From the NCBI GenBank assembly GCA_046313635.1, contig JBKBYA010000002.1:384001-448000 (forward strand): 64,000 nt of DNA, read 5' to 3'. A model generated the notes under the pieces. The model was not told where the DNA came from. It was given only the letters and a program-made list of their open reading frames with translations, and made no database searches. Positions 57,766-64,000 of the stretch are shown one piece after another. The number at the start of each line of letters is the position of its first letter. Within the stretch, counting starts at the first letter, position 1. This stretch comes from Pyrinomonadaceae bacterium. Its GTDB lineage: Bacteria; Acidobacteriota; Blastocatellia; Pyrinomonadales; Pyrinomonadaceae. The translations under genes were made by a program, and so were the position numbers.

Positions 57766-59430
57766 TTATTTTAGAGACTCGAGCTGCCGGTCAACGGCGT
57801 TGCGGTGAGAAAAGGCCATCAGCATCCCAAGCATCACGAAGCTCGTTATCAAGCTGAAGCCGCCGTGGCTTACGAATGGAAGCGTGATCCCGGTCATCGG
57901 CAGGGCCCGCGTGATGCCGCCGATGTTGACCAGCGCCTGAAAGCCGAGAAAGGCCGCGAGTCCGATCGAGCAGAGCTTGCTGAACATATCGCGCGAATCG
58001 AGTGCGGTCCTCACACCGGCGCTGACCAGGACGATCAGGGCCAAGGTTAACAACAGGCCGCCGAAAAGTCCAAGTTCTTCGGCAAGGGCGGCGAAGACAT
58101 AATCCGAGGCGGCCACGGGGATCAATTCAGGGTAGCCGAGGCCGAGGCCGCGGCCCGTCGTGCCGCCCGAAGCGATGCCGAATGTGGCCTGCGCCGGCTG
58201 AAAGGCGAGTATGTCAAACCATGCGTCGACATTGATCGTCCTCTGAAGTTCAGGGTCGGCCTCGAGCATCTGCGGCAGGTTTGGGTCGCGTTCGACGAGG
58301 CGCTTGTAATAATCGTCGTAATCCGACTTCCACCACGGCGTCTCGGGCGTCGGCGGATCAAAGCCGTCGAGCCAGAGATGAAAGCGCTGCTGGATGCGAT
58401 TGGGCAGAACGGTCCTCACGGGCCTGGCGAGCGTCGGCAGGAGAGGGATCTTTTCCTGCGTCGAGTCGGGCAGCGCTCCTACGACGAGCACGCCGATGAG
58501 CAGCACGACGCTCCCGATCAAAACGAATCGCTGCGGAAAGCGCCTGACCGCGATAACGTAAAGCGTCACGTACACGGCGCTGAAGACCATCATTTGGCCA
58601 AAGTCCTTCAGCACAAAGAAGGGCACGAAGGGGATCACGGCCATGACCAGCAGCGGGAGCACATCCTTTGCCCGCGGCAGGCCCCAATAGGTTCGCGCGA
58701 GGTCCTTGTAAAGCACCGCGAGTATCGCGGCAAAGCCGATCAGGAACGGTATCTTCGCGGGCTCCCAGGGCGTCATATTGCCGAGAGCCTTGCCCGCGCG
58801 CGACGTGATCGCGGCGATGACGAGCGGGACGAGCGTGAGCAGGACGATGAGGAAGCCGTGCTTCTGCAGCAGCTCGAGAAAGTCGCCGCGCCGCATAAAG
58901 ACAAAGGCCGCGATCAGGCCCAGCATACCGAGCAGCGGGTTGATGGTGTTGCCCGAGAAAAGGACGTCTCTCCACGTCTGCGGCGCCGGGAGCGGCGTTT
59001 CGGCGTCGAGGTCGACCGGCGACGGCGGGGTCGGCGGCAGGCCCATCAGGCGCTTTTTCTCGGCAGAATAATTCTCCTGAATGTAATGCAGCTGCTGCGT
59101 CCGGATCTTTTCCTGCCGCGCCGCGGCCTTGTCGCTCCGCGATGTATATTCCGGATCGCTGAAGAGCCGGTACTGCACCGTCAGTCCGATCGAAAAGAGA
59201 AGTACCGCCGCCGTGTACAGCGTCCAGCTGCCCTGATATCTCAAGAATCTTTTGATCGCGATCGGCAGCAGCGAAAGCACGGTGAGGAGAAAGAGGTTTC
59301 TGCCGGCGGTCAGCCCCGAAGTTTCGTAACCGCGGATCAGTGCGCCGTAATAGATCGAGTAATGCGCGATCGCCGTCAGCACGACGATGCCGGCGAGCAT
59401 AAAAACGTGAGACGAGGTGCGGTTGTTCAT
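57766..59430 (-). CDS. SEDS family peptidoglycan glycosyltransferase (RodA/FtsW)
   Basis: EPAK, KDFG, ASGG..GRGLGLG, SDYVFAALAEELG, PMTGITLPFVSHGG. Confidence 0.9.
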   Translation of the reverse strand: MNNRTSSHVFMLAGIVVLTAIAHYSIYYGALIRGYETSGLTAGRNLFLLTVLSLLPIAIKRFLRYQGSWTLYTAAVLLFSIGLTVQYRLFSDPEYTSRSDKAAARQEKIRTQQLHYIQENYSAEKKRLMGLPPTPPSPVDLDAETPLPAPQTWRDVLFSGNTINPLLGMLGLIAAFVFMRRGDFLELLQKHGFLIVLLTLVPLVIAAITSRAGKALGNMTPWEPAKIPFLIGFAAILAVLYKDLARTYWGLPRAKDVLPLLVMAVIPFVPFFVLKDFGQMMVFSAVYVTLYVIAVRRFPQRFVLIGSVVLLIGVLVVGALPDSTQEKIPLLPTLARPVRTVLPNRIQQRFHLWLDGFDPPTPETPWWKSDYDDYYKRLVERDPNLPQMLEADPELQRTINVDAWFDILAFQPAQATFGIASGGTTGRGLGLGYPELIPVAASDYVFAALAEELGLFGGLLLTLALIVLVSAGVRTALDSRDMFSKLCSIGLAAFLGFQALVNIGGITRALPMTGITLPFVSHGGFSLITSFVMLGMLMAFSHRNAVDRQLESLK

Positions 59431-61352
59431 CGGCGCCTCCCGCCGTTCGGCCGTGCGGTCGCAGCCGGTTTCGGCGCGATCTGTTTCGGTTTGTACTGCT
59501 CGCCGAGCAGGCCGAGATCGCGTGCGCGTAGAATGACGTTCGCGGCGATCGGCGCGGCCGTTCGAGCACCAAAGCCGCCGCCCTCGACGACGACGGCGAT
59601 CGCGACCTGCGGCCGCTCGAGCGGAGCGATCGTGATGAACCAGCTGTCGGTACGCTCGTACATTACCGGAGCGTCGTACTCGACCCATTCGCCCTGCGAG
59701 TTCTTGCGTTTTTTCCGGACGGTCTTTAGCTTGCCGGTCTTCTCGTCGTAGAGCGGCGCCTGCTTTTCGGCGGTGCCGGTCTTGCCGCCGGCGCGGATCC
59801 CGGTGCCCGCGAGCTTGGCCGAGATGACGGTTCCGGTGCCGCCCGGTTCCTCTGTCACGGTCGACATGATGTCGCGCATCGCTGCGGCCTGCTGCGGCGA
59901 AAGTACTTGTGCAAAGGGCTGCGGCGGCTGGTCGGCCTCGATCCGCGGCCGCATTAGTTTGCCTTCCATATTCGCGGGTACCGACGCGATGAGCGCCATT
60001 TGAAACGGCGTCATCTGCCCGGCGTAGCCCTGGCCCATCCCTTCGAGGCCGAGATCGTAGAGCGATATCTCCTTGCCGGTAACGATCGTCGACTGCTGCG
60101 GTGCAATGGACGAAGCGATCGCGGGATTGCTCGTATTCCAGATATCGGGAAAGAAGCGCTGCAGAAGTGCCTGGTCCGGGTCGTCGACCGCCGCGATGCC
60201 GAGGACCTGCGCGGTCTCTCGCAGACGGTCGCGGCCGAGCTCGATCGCGAGCTGAGCGAAGTACTGATTGCTCGAGACCTTGTAGGCCTCGACGATGTTC
60301 TTATCTTGACAGCCGCCGTCGCATGCACCCGAGACCGAGCCGTCGGGCCCGAGCTTTTGCGTCGCGTCCACGATGGGACGCGACCCTCGCGAGGGAACAA
60401 AGCCGCCCGGATAGCTCGGGAAGACGGCGTTTGACTTGCCGCCGCGAAACGCCGCGATCGCCGTGAACGTTTTGAATGTCGAGCCCGGCACGTAAAACTC
60501 GCGCGTCGCACGATTGAGCAGAGGCTTGTCGCGCTTATTGCCCTCGAGCCTAAGGTAGCCCTCGAGGTCCTGCGCTTCCGAGAGGCTGAACGACGGATTT
60601 GAATACATCGCCAGTACGTCGCCCGACTGCGGGTTGAGCACGACGATCGCGCCTTTTTTGCCCTCGAGCTGCTTTGCGATAAAGGTCTGCAAATCGCGGT
60701 CGATCGTGAGCCGCACGTCACGCTGCTCCTGCTCGGGACGCCTGATCATCGTCAGCGTCTTCCAGGCCTCGGGCATCGGATCGGCGCTGCGTTTGAAGAG
60801 AGTTCGTTCGAGACCCGGCGTGCCGCGCTCGGTGCCGAGCAGATGCGCCATTTCGGTCTCGAGCGGATAGACGCGGGCGATGTTTTTGTTCTCGTCGACG
60901 CGATAATAAGCGAGGGCGTTCTCGAGCCTGCCTGAGCGGTCGAGCATCCAGCCGCGAAGCGAGGCGGCGGTCGTTCGGCGCGTTCGAAGGTCCTTGTAAG
61001 CGAGCGCCTGAAACTGCTCGTTCTGCTCGTCGGCGAAGTACGTCCAATAGACCTGAAACCCGAAGACCATCAGAGCCAGCCCGACAAAGACGAATTGCCA
61101 TGCCCGCAAACTGCGATTGGTCATCGTCTGCGTCAGCTTGCGTGTGACCTCGCGCGGCAGCCCCGACTCGAAGGCAAAAGGCGGCCGCCGAAAATTATCG
61201 AGAAAGCTCAGAATTAGCAGGCCGACGACGATGCCGACGCCGACAATGTAAACGATCGTCAGGCCCGCCGGCGTGCGCTCGAGCACCTGGCTGCCGAAGA
61301 TGTACTCGGGCCGGAGCTTGTTCCAATCGATCTGTGCGAGAAATAAAAGCAT
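59427..61352 (-). CDS. Class B penicillin-binding protein (PbpA-like transpeptidase)
   Basis: RGWMLDR, PGSTFK (SxxK), SSN (SxN), KTGTAE. Confidence 0.92.
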   Translation of the reverse strand: MLLFLAQIDWNKLRPEYIFGSQVLERTPAGLTIVYIVGVGIVVGLLILSFLDNFRRPPFAFESGLPREVTRKLTQTMTNRSLRAWQFVFVGLALMVFGFQVYWTYFADEQNEQFQALAYKDLRTRRTTAASLRGWMLDRSGRLENALAYYRVDENKNIARVYPLETEMAHLLGTERGTPGLERTLFKRSADPMPEAWKTLTMIRRPEQEQRDVRLTIDRDLQTFIAKQLEGKKGAIVVLNPQSGDVLAMYSNPSFSLSEAQDLEGYLRLEGNKRDKPLLNRATREFYVPGSTFKTFTAIAAFRGGKSNAVFPSYPGGFVPSRGSRPIVDATQKLGPDGSVSGACDGGCQDKNIVEAYKVSSNQYFAQLAIELGRDRLRETAQVLGIAAVDDPDQALLQRFFPDIWNTSNPAIASSIAPQQSTIVTGKEISLYDLGLEGMGQGYAGQMTPFQMALIASVPANMEGKLMRPRIEADQPPQPFAQVLSPQQAAAMRDIMSTVTEEPGGTGTVISAKLAGTGIRAGGKTGTAEKQAPLYDEKTGKLKTVRKKRKNSQGEWVEYDAPVMYERTDSWFITIAPLERPQVAIAVVVEGGGFGARTAAPIAANVILRARDLGLLGEQYKPKQIAPKPAATARPNGGRRR

Positions 61353-61367
61353 CGTCCGTCGCGGTCG

Positions 61368-62366
61368 TCAGCCGATCTTTATCGCATCTTCGTCGGCGCG
61401 GCCGCCGTCAGGAACGGCCGTCTCCTCGCCGGTCGGTATCGCCTTGATGATCTCGATCCGCGAGGTAGCAAAGGGAAGTTGTTTCGCCTCGGCGTGCGGC
61501 TCCTCGAGAGCTTCGGCCGCGGGCGCCGCCGATTCCTGCGCGACCCGCTCAAAAGAAACCTCGATCGATCCAAAGACGACCTTTCCGTCATTGTCGAGCG
61601 TTACGGCCCGGCCGTACGGGATACGCTCGCCCAGAACATATGTTCCGTTGGTCGAGCCCGTGTCTGAAACGACAAGCTGCCCGTCGGCGTTTAGGACGAT
61701 CGAAGCGTGGATCCGCGAGACGCTCGTGTCCGGGATAGGCAGATCGTTCTCGCGTGTGCGTCCGACGCTGAGCCGCCGCAGGTCTCCGAAGCGGAGCGGC
61801 ACCCGCTCGGTCTGACCGTTCAAGTCAAAGACCGCGGTGAATTCCGTCGCGGGCGCGGGCGGCCCGTCAACGGGCGCCGACGCCTCCGGCACCGCCTCCT
61901 TGCCGGCCGACGCTTCGAGCGCGATCTCGGCCTCGTCCTCGTCGTCGGCAAATTTTTCAAAGCTCGCGAGCAGCTTGACGCCGGACGTGAAGTAATCCGG
62001 TCTTACCTCGAGCTTGAGCGGAGCGTAGGTGTAATAACGGCGATCGTTGATATGGTCGACGGCGGCGACCAGCAGCTCGGTCTCGAGCGCCCGGAGCGAG
62101 TCGTCGGAGTCGGTAGAGAATTTGTCCCACTGCATCTTGAGCTTGATGTTGTGGGGGACGTAAGTGCCGCGGCCCGGCTCGTGACGGGCCTCGGCGTCTA
62201 GGAGAGTCTTGAGGCGCTCGACAAGTTCGCTCGTCGCGAGAGAACTCGACGGCTTCCACCCTCGGCCCGTGAATCGATCGAGCGCGTCGCCGGCCTTGGT
62301 CAGCACGCCGCGGACGAGCCAGTCGATAGTGAGAGGCGATCTTTCCGGCGTTTCTTTTTCGTCCAT
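61368..62366 (-). CDS. FhaA-like protein (DUF3662-like N-domain + FHA)
   Basis: N-terminal ELVERLKTLLD...YVPHNI region; FHA VGR, VSRIHA, STNGT. Confidence 0.85.
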   Translation of the reverse strand: MDEKETPERSPLTIDWLVRGVLTKAGDALDRFTGRGWKPSSSLATSELVERLKTLLDAEARHEPGRGTYVPHNIKLKMQWDKFSTDSDDSLRALETELLVAAVDHINDRRYYTYAPLKLEVRPDYFTSGVKLLASFEKFADDEDEAEIALEASAGKEAVPEASAPVDGPPAPATEFTAVFDLNGQTERVPLRFGDLRRLSVGRTRENDLPIPDTSVSRIHASIVLNADGQLVVSDTGSTNGTYVLGERIPYGRAVTLDNDGKVVFGSIEVSFERVAQESAAPAAEALEEPHAEAKQLPFATSRIEIIKAIPTGEETAVPDGGRADEDAIKIG

Positions 62367-62592
62367 CGCGTGATCGTCGAGCAGAGAATTTACCTCCTAA
62401 TTCTAAACAGAAATCCGGTCATTCGAAAGAGAGGTCCTTCGACGCAAAGCGGCTGGCCCGAGCGCGTTCCGTGCAGTGTCCGTGAGTTTGCGCATCGCTC
62501 ATGGTCAGTGTGTTTTACGAACTTTGGAAATATAATCTCGTATAGCCCAGACGAGCGCGCAGCGTAAAAAGTTCGCGTCGGCCGGACACGGA

Positions 62593-64000
62593 ATGAAGGA
62601 ACTCTCGCTGAATAATTGCCGGCTCGATCGGCGGTACGACATCCAGCAGCTCTTGGGCCGCGGGAGCTATGCCGAGATCTATGTCGCTCGCGACGTTCTC
62701 GCGTCGCCGCAGTCGCCGCACAGCTCGGTCGTCATCAAGGCGCTCAACGTTTTTCTCCAGGACGATCTCGACCCCGAGCTCGAACGCACTCTCGTCGAGA
62801 ACTTTCAGAACGAGGCGCTTGCGCTCGACCTCGTTCGCCATCCCAACATCATCAGCCGTCTCGGCCACGGCACGGCACGCGATCTCGACGGCACGACGTT
62901 TCATTATCTCGTGCTCGAGTACCTCGCGGGCGGCGATCTGCAAAAGCTCTGCCGAGCGCAAAAGATCGACATTCGCACGGCCCTCGGCTACATCGAGCAG
63001 GTCTGCGCCGGCCTGCGGCACGCTCACGAAAAAGGCGTGATACACCGCGACATCAAGCCGCAGAATCTGCTGCTCACCAAAGATCGCGAGACCGTCAAGA
63101 TCGCTGACTTTGGCGTCGCGCGCTTGGGCGGAGCAGATTCGCCGATCACGCGTGTCGGGACCAACATTTACGCGCCGCCCGAGCACAGCCCGATGCTGAA
63201 CGCGAGCGCGACGGCCGCTCGCTTGACGCCCGCCGCCGATCTGTATTCGCTCGCCAAGTCGATGTACACGATCATCACGGGCGAGACGCCGCGTTACTTT
63301 TCCAATCAGCCGATCGGATCGCTGCCGATCGGCGTGCGCGACGAGCCGTGGGCCGGCGAGCTGCTCGAGCTGCTTCGCAAGGCGACGCGTGACGAGCCGT
63401 CGGAGCGATTTCAGTCGGTCGACGAATTCTGGATCGGAATGACAAAGCTCAGAGAGATCGCGTGCGAGACGACGGCGCCGCGCCTCGCGTTCGCCGGAGC
63501 GGCGGATCTGCCGCAGCCGCATGTCGCCCGCGGCTACACGCCGCTCGCTCCGGTCAGGCCCAACTTTGAATCGACCGGCAGCCTCAGGCTGCGCGATCCG
63601 CATTCGACTGCCGTTCCGTCGGTGGTGACACGAGACATCTCTCCGCCGGCATTTGGTGTCGGCCGATCGCCGGCGTCACCGATCGCCGTCGGTAACGGCG
63701 AGGTCCGCCGCGAGCCGATCGCGATCGGGATCGACGCCCTTGCCGGAGATGCGCCCGTTGTGAGACGTGACAAGAGGCGAGCGCTCCGGCGAGCGGCGTT
63801 GTTCTTTGCTTCGGTCGTTTTGCTGGGCGGCGTTTTGTACGGAACCGGAAGTATGCTCCGAGGCCGAGGCTATCTGCCGCAGATCTCTAACCCCTGGCGA
63901 CAGCAGACGGCGACAGCGAATACCGACATATTCCTGCGCCCCGAGCCGAATACCAACAACGACCCGATCGGACTCGTGACCAAGAACTCAAAGGTCCGCA
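62593..64000 (+). CDS. Transmembrane Ser/Thr kinase with extracytoplasmic SH3b-like domain (runs off the window)
   Basis: Hand translation from ATG 62593: LGRGSYAEIY, VIK, HRDIKPQN, DFG, YAPPE; TM AALFFASVVLLGGVLY; ATANTDIFLRPEP...IGLVTKNSKVR; not in the ORF track because it has no stop. Confidence 0.9.
   Translation, partial: MKELSLNNCRLDRRYDIQQLLGRGSYAEIYVARDVLASPQSPHSSVVIKALNVFLQDDLDPELERTLVENFQNEALALDLVRHPNIISRLGHGTARDLDGTTFHYLVLEYLAGGDLQKLCRAQKIDIRTALGYIEQVCAGLRHAHEKGVIHRDIKPQNLLLTKDRETVKIADFGVARLGGADSPITRVGTNIYAPPEHSPMLNASATAARLTPAADLYSLAKSMYTIITGETPRYFSNQPIGSLPIGVRDEPWAGELLELLRKATRDEPSERFQSVDEFWIGMTKLREIACETTAPRLAFAGAADLPQPHVARGYTPLAPVRPNFESTGSLRLRDPHSTAVPSVVTRDISPPAFGVGRSPASPIAVGNGEVRREPIAIGIDALAGDAPVVRRDKRRALRRAALFFASVVLLGGVLYGTGSMLRGRGYLPQISNPWRQQTATANTDIFLRPEPNTNNDPIGLVTKNSKVR

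Overview
GC-rich bacterial chromosome segment. The gene families (Oar-type TonB-dependent receptor, FG-GAP tail repeats, many Ser/Thr kinases and FHA proteins) suggest Acidobacteriota, probably Blastocatellia/Pyrinomonadaceae; this is inferred, not searched. It holds about 50 CDS: envelope/secreted proteins (0-13 kb); S41, M16 and M28 peptidases; a SWIM-Rad52/DdrA-like gene divergent from an XRE regulator, with three 18-bp operator-like boxes between them; a trpL-attenuated trpE-D-C-F-B-A-aroF operon lacking trpG; argS, larC, folE, metG, a frameshifted brnT toxin with an intact putative antitoxin, tatD, yajQ and a polyprenyl synthase; tRNA-Lys(CTT); and a Hanks-kinase/FHA/PP2C-rich region ending in an fhaA-pbpA-rodA-pstP-like cluster with a divergent kinase-TM-SH3b gene. 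The most notable unexplained signals are: a ~350-nt highly structured, terminator-capped non-coding region beside a degenerate HNH gene (45611-45966); the XRE/operator/Rad52 module with an internal start and a structured 3' RNA; a REP-like palindrome inserted in-frame in argS; and several small repeat families (REP doublets, heptamers, a 9-mer inverted element). All calls are by eye from the sequence and ORF track, with no database searches.
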